From: Eledone cirrhosa
Lineage: Eukaryota
Length of the DNA: 64,000 nucleotides
Assembly (NCBI GenBank): GCA_964016885.1
Contig: OZ024744.1
Location: 74,214,001-74,278,000 of the forward strand
Reading direction: 5' to 3'
The translations under genes and the position numbers were made by a program. Below the pieces are notes generated by a model. That model had not been told where the DNA came from and ran no database searches. It saw nothing but the letters and a program-made list of their open reading frames with translations. This document shows positions 42,101-57,600 of the stretch, one piece after another (the first letter of the stretch is position 1; the number at the start of each line of letters is the position of its first letter).

Positions 42101-42827
42101 TATAGCTGCTAAACCATCACAATCACTATTCATAAATCAACCATGCTAGAGTCTAGCTAGTTGAGATGGTATAGCTGCTAAACCATCACAATCACCATTC
42201 ACATATCAAGCATGCTAGAGTCTAGTTAGTTGAGATGGTATAGCTGCTAAACCATCACTATCACCATTCACATATCAACCATGCTAGAGTCTAGCAAGTT
42301 GAGATGGTACAGCTGCTAAACCATGACAATCACTATTCACATATCAACCATGCTAGAGTTTAGCTAGTTGAGATGGTACAGCTGCTAAACCTTCACAATC
42401 ACCATTCACATATCAACCATGCTAGAGTCTAGCTAGTTGAGATGGTAAAGCTACTAAACCATCACAATCACCATTCACATATCAACCATGCTAGTGTCTA
42501 GATAGTTGAGATGGTATAGCTGCTAACCATCACTATCACTATACATATATCAACCATGCTAAAGTCTATCTAGTTGATATGGTATAGCTGCTAAACCATC
42601 ACAATCACTATTCATATATCAACCATGCTAGAGTCTAGCTAGTTGAGATGGTATAGCTGCTAAAGCATCACAATCACCATTCACATAATAACCATGCTAG
42701 AGTCTAGCTAGTTGAGATGGTATAGCTGCTAAACCGTGACAATCACCTTTCACATTTCAACCATGCTAGAGTGTATCTAGTTGAGATGGTATAGCTACTA
42801 AACCATCATAATCACCATTCACGTATC
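39106..42827. repeat. 27-monomer higher-order repeat (1861 bp), 2 units
   Basis: GCTCTTAAACC at 39141 and 41002. 1861 = 27x69 - 2, matching two single-base deletions (GCTAACCATCACTATC) per unit. Confidence 0.93.
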
Positions 42828-45246
42828 AACCAAGCTAGAGTCTAGCTAGTTGAGATGGTATAGCTGTTAAACCATCACAATCACTATTCACATATCAACT
42901 ATGCTAGCGTCTAGCTAGTTGAGAATGGTATAGCTGCTAAACCATGGCAATCACCATTTAGACATCAACCATGCTAGAGTGTAACCAGTTGAGATGTTAT
43001 AGCTGCTAAACCATCACAATCCCCTTCCACATTTCAACCATGCTAGAGTCTAGCTAGTTGAGATGGTATAGCTGCTAATCCATCACAATCACCATTCACA
43101 TATTAACCGTGCTAAAGACTAGCTAGTTGAGATGGTATAGCTGCTAAACCATCACAATCACAATTCACATATCAACCATGCTAGAGTCTAGCTAGTTGAG
43201 ATGGTATAGCTGCTAAACCATCACAATCACCATTCACATATCAACGATCCTAGAGTCTTGCTATTTGAGATGGTATAGCTGCTAAACCACCACTATCACC
43301 ATTCACATATCAACCTTGCTAGAGTCTAACTAGTTGAGATGGTATAGCTGCTAAACCATCACAATCACCATTCATATATAAACCCTGACAAAGTCTAGCA
43401 AGGTGAGATGGTATAGCTGCTAAACCATCACAATCACTATTCATATATCAACCATGCTAGAGTCTATCTAGTTGAGATGGTATAGCTGCTAAAGCATCAC
43501 AATCACCATTCACACAATAACCATGCTAGAGTCTAGCTAGTTGAGATGGTATAGCTGCTAAACCATGACAATCACCTTTCACATTTCAACCATGCTAGAG
43601 TGTATTTAGTTGAGATGGTATAGCTGCTAAAGCATCACAATCACCATACACATAGCAATCATGCTAGTGTCTAGCTAGTTGAGATGGTATAGCTGCTAAA
43701 CCATCACAATCACCATTCACATATCAACGATGCTAGAGTCTAGCTAGTTGAGATGGTATAGCTGCTAAAGCATCACAATCACCATTCACATAATAACCAT
43801 GCTACAGTCTAGCTAGTTGAGATGGTATAGCTGCTAAACCATGACAATCACCTTTCACATTTCAAACATGCTAGAGTCTAGCTAGTTGAGATGATATAGC
43901 TGCTAAACCATCAGAATCACCATTCACATATCAAACATGCTAGAGTCTAGCTAGTTGAGATGGTATAGCTGCTAAACTATCACAAATCACCATTCACATA
44001 TCAACCATGCAAGAGTCTAGTTAGCTGAGAAGCTATAGCTGCTAAACAATCACAATCACCATTCACATATCAACCATGCTAGAGTCTAGGTAGTTGAGAT
44101 GGTATAGCTGCTAAACCATGACAATCACTATACACACATATCAACCATGCTAGAGTCTATCTAGTTGATATGGTATAGCTGCTAAACCATCACAATCACA
44201 ATTCACATATCAACGATGCTAGAGTCTTGCTAGTTGAGATGGTATAGCTGCTAAACCACCACAATCACCATTCACATATCAACCTTGCTAGAGTCTAGCT
44301 AGTTGAGATTGTATAGCTGCTAAACCACCACAATCACTATTCACATATCAACCAAGCTAGAGACTGGGTAGTGGAGATGGTATAGCTGCTAAACCATCAT
44401 AATCACCATTCACATTTCAACCATGCTAGAGTATAGCTAGTTCAGATGGTATAGCTGCTAAACCATCACAATCACCATTCACATTTCAACCATGCTAGAT
44501 TATAGCTAGTTCAGATGGTATAGCTGCTAAACCATCACAATCACCATTCATATATAAACCCTGACAAAGTCTAGCTAGGTGAGATGGTATAGCTGCTAAA
44601 CCATCACAATCACTATTCACATACCAACCATGCTAGAGTCTAGCTAGTTGAGATGGTATAGCTGCTAAAGCATCACAATCACCATTCACACAATAACCAT
44701 GCTAGAGTCTAGCTAGTTGAGATGGTATCGCTGCTAAACCATGACAATCACCTTTCACATTTCAACCATGCTAGAGTGTATCTAGTTGAGATGGTATAGC
44801 TGCTAAAGCATCACAATCACCATACACATAGCAATCATGCTAGAGTCTAGCTAGTTGAGATGGTATAGCTGCTAAACCATCACAATCACCATTCACATAT
44901 CAACGATGCTAGAGTCTAGCTAGTTGAGATGGTATAGCTGATAAACCATGACAATCACCTTTCACATTTCAACCATGCTAGAGTGTATCTAGTTGAGATG
45001 GTATAGCTACTAAACAAACACAATCACTATTCACGTTTCAAACATGCTAGAGTCTAGCTAGTTGAGATGATATAGCTGCTAAACCATGACAAGCACCTTT
45101 CACATATCAACCATGCAAGAGTCTAGATAGTTGAGAAGGTATAGCTGCTAAACAATCACAATCACCATTCACATATCAACCATGCTAGAGTCTAGCAAGT
45201 TGAGATGGTATAGCTGCTAAAGAATCACAATCACCGTTCACATATA

Positions 45247-48200
45247 AACGATGCTAGAGTCTAGCTAGTTGAGATGATATAGCTCTTAAACCATCACAAT
45301 CACCATTCACATATCAACCATGCTAGAATCTAGCTAGTTGAGATGGTATAGCTGCTAAACTATCACAATCACCATTCACATATCAACCATGCAAGAGTCT
45401 AGATAGTTGACAATGTATAGCTGCTAAACGATCACAATCACAATTCACATATCAACCATGCTAGAGTCTAGCTAGTTGAGATGGTATAGCTGCTAAACCA
45501 TCACAATCACTATTCATATATCAACCATGCTAGAGTCTAGCTAGTTGGGATGGTATAGCTGCTAAAGCATCACAATCACCATTCACATAGCAATCATGCT
45601 AGAGTCTAGCTAGTTGAGATGGTATAGCAGCTAAACCATCACAATCACCATTCACATATCAACGATGCTAGAGTCTTGCTAGTTGAGATGGTATAGCTGC
45701 TAAACCATCACAATAACCATTCACATATCAAGCATGCTAGAGTCTAGTTAGTTGAGATGGTATAGCTGCTAAACCATCACTATCACCATTCACATATCAA
45801 CCATGCTAGAGTCTAGCAAGTTGAGATGGTAGAGCTGCTAAACCATGACAATCACTATTCACATATCAACCATGCTAGAGTTTAGCTAGTTGAGATGGTA
45901 CAGCTGCTAAACCATCACAATCACCATTCACATATCAACCATGCTAGAGTCTAGCTAGTTGAGATGGTAAAGCTACTAAACCATCACAATCACCATTCAC
46001 ATATCAACCATGCTAGTGTCTAGATAGTTGAGATGGTATAGCTGCTAAACAATCACAATCACCATTCACATATCAACCATGCTAAAGTCTATCTAGTTGA
46101 TATGGTATAGCTGCTAAACCATCACAATCACTATTCATATATCAACCATGCTAGAGTCTAGCTAGTTGAGATGGTACAGCTGCTAAACCATCACAATCAC
46201 CATTCACATATCAACCATCCTAGAGTCTAGCTAGTTGAGATGGTAAAGCTACTAAACCATCACAATCACCATTCACATATCAACCATGCTAGTGTCTAGA
46301 TAGTTGAGATGGTATAGCTGCTAACCATCACTATCACTATACACATATCAACCATGCTAAAGTCTATCTAGTTGATATGGTATAGCTGCTAAACCATCAC
46401 AATCACTATTCATATATCAACCATGCTAGAGTCTAGCTAGTTGAGATGGTATAGCTGCTAAACCATCACAATCACCATTCACATATCAAGCATGCTAGAG
46501 TCTAGTTAGTTGAGATGGTATAGCTGCTAAACCATCACTATCACCATTAACATATCAACCATGCTAGAGTCTAGCAAGTTGAGATGGTAGAGCTGCTAAA
46601 CCATGACAATCACTATTCACATATCAACCATGCTAGAGTTTAGCTAGTTGAGATGGTACAGCTGCTAAACCATCACAATCACCATTCACATATCAACCAT
46701 GCTAGAGTCTAGCTAGTTGAGATGGTAAAGCTACTAAACCATCACAATCACCATTCACATATCAACCATGCTAGTGTCTAGATAGTTGAGATGGTATAGC
46801 TGCTAACCATCACTATCACTATACATATATCAACCATGCTAAAGTCTATATAGTTGATATGGTATAGCTGCTAAACCATCACAATCACTATTCATATATC
46901 AACCATGCTAGAGTCTAGCTAGTTGAGATGGTATAGCTGCTAAAGCATCACAATCACCATTCACATAATAACCATGCTAGAGTCTAGCTAGTTGAGATGG
47001 TATAGCTGCTAAACCGTGACAATCACCTTTCACATTTCAACCATGCTAGAGTGTATCTAGTTGAGATGGTATAGCTACTAAACCATCATAATCACCATTC
47101 ACGTATCAACCAAGCTAGAGTCTAGCTAGTTGAGATGATATAGCTCTTAAACCATCACAATCACCATTCACATATCAACCATGCTAGAGTCTAGCTAGTT
47201 GAGATGGTATAGTTGCTAAACTATCACAATCACAATTCACATATCAACCATGCAAGAGTCTAGATAGTTGACAATGTATAGCTGCTAAACGATCACAATC
47301 ACCATTCACATATCAACCATGCTAGAGTCTAGCTAGTTGAGATGGTATAGCTGCTAAACCATCACAATCACTATTCATATATCAACCATGCTAGAGTCTA
47401 GCTAGTTGGGATGGTATAGCTGCTAAAGCATCACAATCACCATTCACATAGCAATCATGCTAGAGTCTAGCTAGTTGAGATGGTATAGCAGCTAAACCAT
47501 CACAATCACCATTCACATATCAACGATGCTAGAGTCTTGCTAGTTGAGATGGTATAGCTGCTAAACCATCACAATAACCATTCACATATCAAGCATGCTA
47601 GAGTCTAGTTAGTTGAGATGGTATAGCTGCTAAACCATCACTATCACCATTCACATATCAACCATGCTAGAGTCTAGCAAGTTGAGATGGTAGAGCTGCT
47701 AAACCATGACAATCACTATTCACATATCAACCATGCTAGAGTTTAGCTAGTTGAGATGGTACAGCTGCTAAACCATCACAATCACCATTCACATATCAAC
47801 CATGCTAGAGTCTAGCTAGTTGAGATGGTAAAGCTACTAAACCATCACAATCACCATTCACATATCAACCATGCTAGTGTCTAGATAGTTGAGATGGTAT
47901 AGCTGCTAAACAATCACAATCACCATTCACATATCAACCATGCTAAAGTCTATCTAGTTGATATGGTATAGCTGCTAAACCATCACAATCACTATTCATA
48001 TATCAACCATGCTAGAGTCTAGCTAGTTGAGATGGTACAGCTGCTAAACCATCACAATCACCATTCACATATCAACCATCCTAGAGTCTAGCTAGTTGAG
48101 ATGGTAAAGCTACTAAACCATCACAATCACCATTCACATATCAACCATGCTAGTGTCTAGATAGTTGAGATGGTATAGCTGCTAACCATCACTATCACTA

Positions 48201-51200
48201 TACACATATCAACCATGCTAAAGTCTATCTAGTTGATATGGTATAGCTGCTAAACCATCACAATCACTATTCATATATCAACCATGCTAGAGTCTAGCTA
48301 GTTGAGATGGTATAGCTGCTAAACCATCACAATCACCATTCACATATCAAGCATGCTAGAGTCTAGTTAGTTGAGATGGTATAGCTGCTAAACCATCACT
48401 ATCACCATTAACATATCAACCATGCTAGAGTCTAGCAAGTTGAGATGGTAGAGCTGCTAAACCATGACAATCACTATTCACATATCAACCATGCTAGAGT
48501 TTAGCTAGTTGAGATGGTACAGCTGCTAAACCATCACAATCACCATTCACATATCAACCATGCTAGAGTCTAGCTAGTTGAGATGGTAAAGCTACTAAAC
48601 CATCACAATCACCATTCACATATCAACCATGCTAGTGTCTAGATAGTTGAGATGGTATAGCTGCTAACCATCACTATCACTATACATATATCAACCATGC
48701 TAAAGTCTATATAGTTGATATGGTATAGCTGCTAAACCATCACAATCACTATTCATATATCAACCATGCTAGAGTCTAGCTAGTTGAGATGGTATAGCTG
48801 CTAAAGCATCACAATCACCATTCACATAATAACCATGCTAGAGTCTAGCTAGTTGAGATGGTATAGCTGCTAAACCGTGACAATCACCTTTCACATTTCA
48901 ACCATGCTAGAGTGTATCTAGTTGAGATGGTATAGCTACTAAACCATCATAATCACCATTCACGTATCAACCAAGCTAGAGTCTAGCTAGTTGAGATGAT
49001 ATAGCTCTTAAACCATCACAATCACCATTCACATATCAACCATGCTAGAGTCTAGCTAGTTGAGATGGTATAGTTGCTAAACTATCACAATCACAATTCA
49101 CATATCAACCATGCAAGAGTCTAGATAGTTGACAATGTATAGCTGCTAAACGATCACAATCACCATTCACATATCAACCATGCTAGAGTCTAGCTAGTTG
49201 AGATGGTATAGCTGCTAAACCATCACAATCACTATTCATATATCAACCATGCTAGAGTCTAGCTAGTTGGGATGGTATAGCTGCTAAAGCATCACAATCA
49301 CCATTCACATAGCAATCATGCTAGAGTCTAGCTAGTTGAGATGGTATAGCAGCTAAACCATCACAATCACCATTCACATATCAACGATGCTAGAGTCTTG
49401 CTAGTTGAGATGGTATAGCTGCTAAACCATCACAATCACCATTCACATATCAAGCATGCTAGAGTCTAGTTAGTTGAGATGGTATAGCTGCTAAACCATC
49501 ACTATCACCATTCACATATCAACCATGCTAGAGTCTAGCAAGTTGACATGGTAGAGCTGCTAAACCATGACAATCACTATTCACATATCAACCATGCTAG
49601 AGTTTAGCTAGTTGAGATGGTACAGCTGCTAAACCATCACAATCACCATTCACATATCAACCATGCTAGAGTCTAGCTAGTTGAGATGGTAAAGCTACTA
49701 AACCATCACAATCACCATTCACATATCAACCATGCTAGTGTCTAGATAGTTGAGATGGTATAGCTGCTAAACAATCACAATCACCATTCACATATCAACC
49801 ATGCTAAAGTCTATCTAGTTGATATGGTATAGCTGCTAAACCATCACAATCACTATTCATATATCAACCATGCTAGAGTCTAGCTAGTTGAGATGGTACA
49901 GCTGCTAAACCATCACAATCACCATTCACATATCAACCATGCTAGAGTCTAGCTAGTTGAGATGGTAAAGCTACTAAACCATCACAATCACCATTCACAT
50001 ATCAACCATGCTAGTGTCTAGATAGTTGAGATGGTATAGCTGCTAACCATCACTATCACTATACACATATCAACCATGCTAAAGTCTATCTAGTTGATAT
50101 GGTATAGCTGCTAAACCATCACAATCACTATTCATAAATCAACCATGCTAGAGTCTAGCTAGTTGAGATGGTATAGCTGCTAAACCATCACAATCACCAT
50201 TCACATATCAAGCATGCTAGAGTCTAGTTAGTTGAGATGGTATAGCTGCTAAACCATCACTATCACCATTCACATATCAACCATGCTAGAGTCTAGCAAG
50301 TTGAGATGGTACAGCTGCTAAACCATGACAATCACTATTCACATATCAACCATGCTAGAGTTTAGCTAGTTGAGATGGTACAGCTGCTAAACCTTCACAA
50401 TCATCATTCACATATCAACCATGCTAGAGTCTAGCTAGTTGAGATGGTAAAGCTACTAAACCATCACAATCACCATTCACATATCAACCATGCTAGTGTC
50501 TAGATAGTTGAGATGGTATAGCTGCTAACCATCACTATCACTATACATATATCAACCATGCTAAAGTCTATCTAGTTGATATGGTATAGCTGCTAAACCA
50601 TCACAATCACTATTCATATATCAACCATGCTAGAGTCTAGCTAGTTGAGATGGTATAGCTGCTAAAGCATCACAATCACCATTCACATAATAACCATGCT
50701 AGAGTCTAGCTAGTTGAGATGGTATAGCTGCTAAACCGTGACAATCACCTTTCACATTTCAACCATGCTAGAGTGTATCTAGTTGAGATGGTATAGCTAC
50801 TAAACCATCATAATCACCATTCACGTATCAACCAAGCTAGAGTCTAGCTAGTTGAGATGATATAGCTCTTAAACCATCACAATCACCATTCACATATCAA
50901 CCATGCTAGAGTCTAGCTAGTTGAGATGGTATAGTTGCTAAACTATCACAATCACAATTCACATATCAACCATGCAAGAGTCTAGATAGTTGACAATGTA
51001 TAGCTGCTAAACGATCACAATCACCATTCACATATCAACCATGCTAGAGTCTAGCTAGTTGAGATGGTATAGCTGCTAAACCATCACAATCACTATTCAT
51101 ATATCAACCATGCTAGAGTCTAGCTAGTTGGGATGGTATAGCTGCTAAAGCATCACAATCACCATTCACATAGCAATCATGCTAGAGTCTAGCTAGTTGA

Positions 51201-52690
51201 GATGGTATAGCAGCTAAACCATCACAATCACCATTCACATATCAACGATGCTAGAGTCTTGCTAGTTGAGATGGTATAGCTGCTAAACCATCACAATCAC
51301 CATTCACATATCAAGCATGCTAGAGTCTAGTTAGTTGAGATGGTATAGCTGCTAAACCATCACTATCACCATTCACATATCAACCATGCTAGAGTCTAGC
51401 AAGTTGACATGGTAGAGCTGCTAAACCATGACAATCACTATTCACATATCAACCATGCTAGAGTTTAGCTAGTTGAGATGGTACAGCTGCTAAACCATCA
51501 CAATCACCATTCACATATCAACCATGCTAGAGTCTAGCTAGTTGAGATGGTAAAGCTACTAAACCATCACAATCACCATTCACATATCAACCATGCTAGT
51601 GTCTAGATAGTTGAGATGGTATAGCTGCTAAACAATCACAATCACCATTCACATATCAACCATGCTAAAGTCTATCTAGTTGATATGGTATAGCTGCTAA
51701 ACCATCACAATCACTATTCATATATCAACCATGCTAGAGTCTAGCTAGTTGAGATGGTACAGCTGCTAAACCATCACAATCACCATTCACATATCAACCA
51801 TGCTAGAGTCTAGCTAGTTGAGATGGTAAAGCTACTAAACCATCACAATCACCATTCACATATCAACCATGCTAGTGTCTAGATAGTTGAGATGGTATAG
51901 CTGCTAACCATCACTATCACTATACACATATCAACCATGCTAAAGTCTATCTAGTTGATATGGTATAGCTGCTAAACCATCACAATCACTATTCATAAAT
52001 CAACCATGCTAGAGTCTAGCTAGTTGAGATGGTATAGCTGCTAAACCATCACAATCACCATTCACATATCAAGCATGCTAGAGTCTAGTTAGTTGAGATG
52101 GTATAGCTGCTAAACCATCACTATCACCATTCACATATCAACCATGCTAGAGTCTAGCAAGTTGAGATGGTACAGCTGCTAAACCATGACAATCACTATT
52201 CACATATCAACCATGCTAGAGTTTAGCTAGTTGAGATGGTACAGCTGCTAAACCTTCACAATCACCATTCACATATCAACCATGCTAGAGTCTAGCTAGT
52301 TGAGATGGTAAAGCTACTAAACCATCACAATCACCATTCACATATCAACCATGCTAGTGTCTAGATAGTTGAGATGGTATAGCTGCTAACCATCACTATC
52401 ACTATACATATATCAACCATGCTAAAGTCTATCTAGTTGATATGGTATAGCTGCTAAACCATCACAATCACTATTCATATATCAACCATGCTAGAGTCTA
52501 GCTAGTTGAGATGGTATAGCTGCTAAAGCATCACAATCACCATTCACATAATAACCATGCTAGAGTCTAGCTAGTTGAGATGGTATAGCTGCTAAACCGT
52601 GACAATCACCTTTCACATTTCAACCATGCTAGAGTGTATCTAGTTGAGATGGTATAGCTACTAAACCATCATAATCACCATTCACGTATC
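45247..52690. repeat. 27-monomer higher-order repeat (1861 bp), 4 units
   Basis: GCTCTTAAACC at 45282, 47143, 49004, 50865, each exactly 1861 apart. Confidence 0.94.
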
Positions 52691-54602
52691 AACCAAGCTA
52701 GAGTCTAGCTAGTTGAGATGGTATAGCTGTTAAACCATCACAATCACTATTCACATATCAACTATGCTAGCGTCTAGCTAGTTGAGAATGGTATAGCTGC
52801 TAAACCATGGCAATCACCATTTAGACATCAACCATGCTAGAGTGTAACCAGTTGAGATGTTATAGCTGCTAAACCATCACAATCCCCTTCCACATTTCAA
52901 CCATGCTAGAGTCTAGCTAGTTGAGATGGTATAGCTGCTAATCCATCACAATCACCATTCACATATTAACCGTGCTAAAGACTAGCTAGTTGAGATGGTA
53001 TAGCTGCTAAACCATCACAATCACCATTCACACATCAACCGTGCTAGAGTCTAGCTAGGTGAGATGGTATAGCTGCTAAATCATCACTATCACCATTCAC
53101 CTATCAACTATACTTGAGCCTAGCTAGTTGAGATGGTATAGCTGCTAAACCATCACAATCACTATTCAGATATCAACCATGCTAGTGTCTAGCAGATTGA
53201 TATGGTATATCTGCTAAACCAAGACAATCACCATTCAAATATCACCCATGCTAAAGTCTAGCTAGTTGAGAGGGTATAGCTGCTAAACCATCGCAATCAC
53301 ATTTCATATTTACAACGATGCTAAAGTCTAGCTAGTTGAGATGGTATAGCTGCTAAACCATCACAATCACCATTCACATATCAACCATGCAAGAGTCTAG
53401 ATCTTTGAGATTGTATAGCTGCTAAACCATCACAATCACCATTCACATATCAACCATGCAAGAGTCTAGCTAGTTGAGATGGTATAGCTGCTAAACCATC
53501 ACAATCACCATTCACATATTAACCATGCTAGATTCTGGCTAGTTGAGATGGTATAGCTGCTAACCCATCACAATCACCATTCACATATCAACCATGCCAG
53601 ATTCCAGCTAGTTGAGATGGTATAGCTGCTAAACCATCACAATCACTATTCACATATCAACCATGCTAGATTCTAGCTAGTTGAGATGGTATAGCTGGTA
53701 AACTATCACAATCACCATTCACATATCAACGATGCTAGAGTCTAGCTAGTTGAGATGGTATAGCTACTAAACCATGGCAATCACCATTCATATATCAACC
53801 ATGCTAGAGTCTAACTAGTTGAGATGGTATAGCTGATAAACCATCAGATTCAACATCCAAATATCAACCACGCTAGAGTCTAGCTACTTGATATGGTATA
53901 GCTGATAAACCATCACAATCACCATTCACATATCAACCATGCTAGAGTCTAGCTAGTCGAGATGGTAATGCTGCTAAACAATCACAATCACTATTCACAT
54001 TTCAACCATGCTAGACTCCAGCTAGCTGAGATGGATTAGCTGCTAAACCATCACAATCACCATTCACGTATCAACCATGCTAGAGTCTAGATAGTTGAGA
54101 TGGTATAGCTGCTAAACAATCACAATCTCCATTCGCATATCATCTAATGCTAGAGTCTAGCTAGTTGAGATGGTAATGCTGCTAAACAATCACAATCACT
54201 ATTCACATTTCAACAATGCTAGAGTCTAGCTAGTTAAGATGGTATAGCTGCTAGACCATCACAATCACCATTCACATATCAACCATGCTAGAGACTAGCT
54301 AGTTGATATGGTATATCTTCTAAACCATCACAATCACTATTTTCATATCAACCATGTAAGAGTCTAGCTAGTTGAGATTGTATAGCTGCTAAACCATCAC
54401 AATCACCATTCACATATCAACCATGCTAGAGTCTGGCTAGTTGAGATGGTATAGCTGCTAAACCATCACAATCACCATTCACATATCAAGCATCCTAGAG
54501 TCTAGCTAGTTGAGATTGAATAGCTGCTATACCATCACAATCACTATTCACATATCAAACATGCTAGAGTCTAGCTAGTTGTGATGGTATAGCTGGTAAA
54601 CT

Positions 54603-57600
54603 ATCACAATCACCATTCACATATCAACGATGCTAGAGTCTAGCTAGTTGAGATGGTATAGCTGCTAAACCATCACAATCTCCATTCGCATATCAACCAT
54701 GCTAGAGTCTAGGTAGTTGAGATGGTATAGCTGCTAAACCATCACAATCACATTTCACATATCAACCATGCTAGAGTCTAGCTAGTTGTGATGGTATAGC
54801 TGCTAAACCACCACAATCACCATTCATTTATCAACCATGGTAGAGTCTACCTTGTTGTGATGGTATATCTGCTAAACCATCACAATCACTATTCACATAT
54901 CAACCATGCTAGAGTCTAGCTACTTGAGATGGTATAGCTGGTAAACCACCACAATCACTGTTCACATATCAACCATGCTAGAGAGTAGGTAGTTGAGATG
55001 GTATAGCTGCTAAACCATCACAATCACTATTCACATATCAACCATGCTAGAGTCTAGATATTTGAGATGGTATAACTACTAAACCATCACAATCACCATT
55101 AATATTTCAACCATGCAAGAGTATAGCTTATTCAGATGGTATAGCTGCTAAACCATCACGATCACTATTCATATATCATCCATGCTAGAGTCTAGCTAGT
55201 TAAGATGGTATAGCTGCTAAACCCTCACAATCACTATTCACATATTAACCATGCTAGAGTCTATCTAGTTGAGATGGTATAGCTACTAAACCATCACAAT
55301 CACCATTCACATATCATCCATGCTAAAATCTAGTTAGTTGAGAATGTATGGCTGCTAAACCATCACAATCACTATTCATATATCAACCATGCTAGATTGA
55401 AGCTAGTTGAGATGGTATAGGTGGTAAACTATCACAATCACCATTCACATATCAACGATGTCAGAGTCTCGCTAGTTGAGATGGTATAGCTACTAAACCA
55501 TCACAATCACCATTCAAATATCAACAATACTGGAGTCTAGGTAGTTGAGATGGTATAGCTGATAAACCATCACATTCACCATCCAAATATCAACCACGCT
55601 AGAGTCTAGCTAGTTGAGACGGTATAGCTGCTAAACCATCACAATCACTATACATATATCAACCATGCTAGAGTCTAGCCAGTTGAGAAGGTATAGCTGC
55701 CAAACCATCACAATCAATATTCACACATCAACCATTGTAGAGTCTAGCTAGCTGAGATGGATTTGCTGCTAAATCATCACGATCACCATTCACGTATCAA
55801 CCATGCTAGAGTCTAGCTAGTTGAGATGGTATATCTGCTAAACCATCACAATCATTATTCCCATATCAACCATGCTAGAGTCTAGCTTGTTGAGATGGTA
55901 TAGCTGGTAAACCACCACAATCACTATTCACATATCAACCATGCTAGAGTCTAGCTAGTTGAGATGGTATAGCTGCTAAAACATCACAATGACTATTCAT
56001 ATGTCGACCATGCTAGAGTCTAGCTAGTTGAGATGGTATAGCTGCTAAACCATCACAATCACTATTCATATATCAACCATGCTAGAGTCTATCTAGTTGA
56101 GATGGTATAGCTGCTAAAGCATCACAATCACCATTCACATAATAACCATGCTAGAGTCTAGCTAGTTGAGATGGTATATCTGCTAAACCATCACAATCAT
56201 CTTTCACATTTCAACCATGCTAGAGTGTATCTAGTTGAGATGGTATAGCTACTAAACAATCACAATCACCATTCATGTATCAACCATGCTAAAGTCTAGT
56301 TAGTTGAGATGGTATAGGTGCTAAACCATCACCATCACCATTCACATTTCAACCAAGCTAGAGTCTAGCTATTTGAGATGGTATAGCTGCTAAACCATCA
56401 CAATCACCATTCACATATTAACCGTGCTAAAGTCTAGCTAGTTGAGATGGTATAGCTGCTAAACCATCACTATCACCATTCACATATCAACCATGCTTGT
56501 GTCTACCTAGTTGAGATGGTATAGCTGCTAAACCATCACAATCACTATTCACATATCAACTATGCTCCAGTCTAGCAGATTGAGATGGTATATCTGCTAA
56601 ACCAACACGATCACTACTCACATATCAACCATGCTAAAGTCTAGTTAGTTGAGATGTTATAGCTGCTAAACGATCACAATCAACATTCACATATCAACCA
56701 TGCTAGAGTCTAGATAGTTAAGATGGTATAACTGCTAAACCATCACAATCACTATTCACATATAAACCATGCTAGAGTCTAGCTAGTTCAGATGGTATAG
56801 CTGCTAAAGCATCACTTTCACCATTCACATATCAACCATGCTAGCGTCAGGCTAGAGTCTAGCTAGTTGAGATGGTATAGCTGCTAAACCATCATAATCA
56901 CTATTCCTATCTCAACCATGCTAGAGTCTAGCTAGTTGAGATGGTATAGCTGCTAAACCATCACAATCACTATTCATATATCAACCATGCTAGACTCTAG
57001 CTAGCTGAGATGGGTTTGCTGCTAAACCATCACAATCACCATTCACGTATCAACCATGCAAGAGTCTAGCTAGTTGAGATGTTATATCTGCTAAACCATC
57101 ACAATCACTATTCACATATCAACCATGCTAGAGACTAGGTAGTTGAGATGGTATAGCTGCTAAACCATCACAATCACCATTCATATATCAACGATGCTAG
57201 AGTCTATCTAGTTGAGATGGTATAGCTGCTAAACCATCACAATGACTATTCATATATCAACCATGCTAGAGTCTAGCTAGTTGAGATGGTATAACTGCTA
57301 AACCATCACAATCACTATTCACATAACAACCATGCTAGAGTCTATCTAATTGAGATGGTATAGCTGCTAAAGCATCACAATCACCATTCACATAATAACC
57401 ATGCTAGAGTCTAGCTAGTGGAGAAAGTATAGCTGCTAAAGCATCACAATCACCATTCACATATCAACCAAGCTAGAGTCTAGATATTTGAGATGGTATA
57501 GCTGCTAAACAATCACAATCACCATTCACATATCAACCATGCTAGAGTTTAGCTAGTTGAGATGGTATAGCTGCTAAACCATCACAATCACAATACACAT

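Larger units (their letters stand above)
37000..53020. repeat. Tandem duplication of an 89-monomer (6141 bp) block; the second copy is expanded by two extra 27-mers
   Basis: Left-end markers are offset by 6141 (37021/43162, 37836/43977). The right-end marker ATGCTAGCGTC...GAGAATGG is offset by 9863 (42901/52764) = 6141 + 2x1861. Confidence 0.92.
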
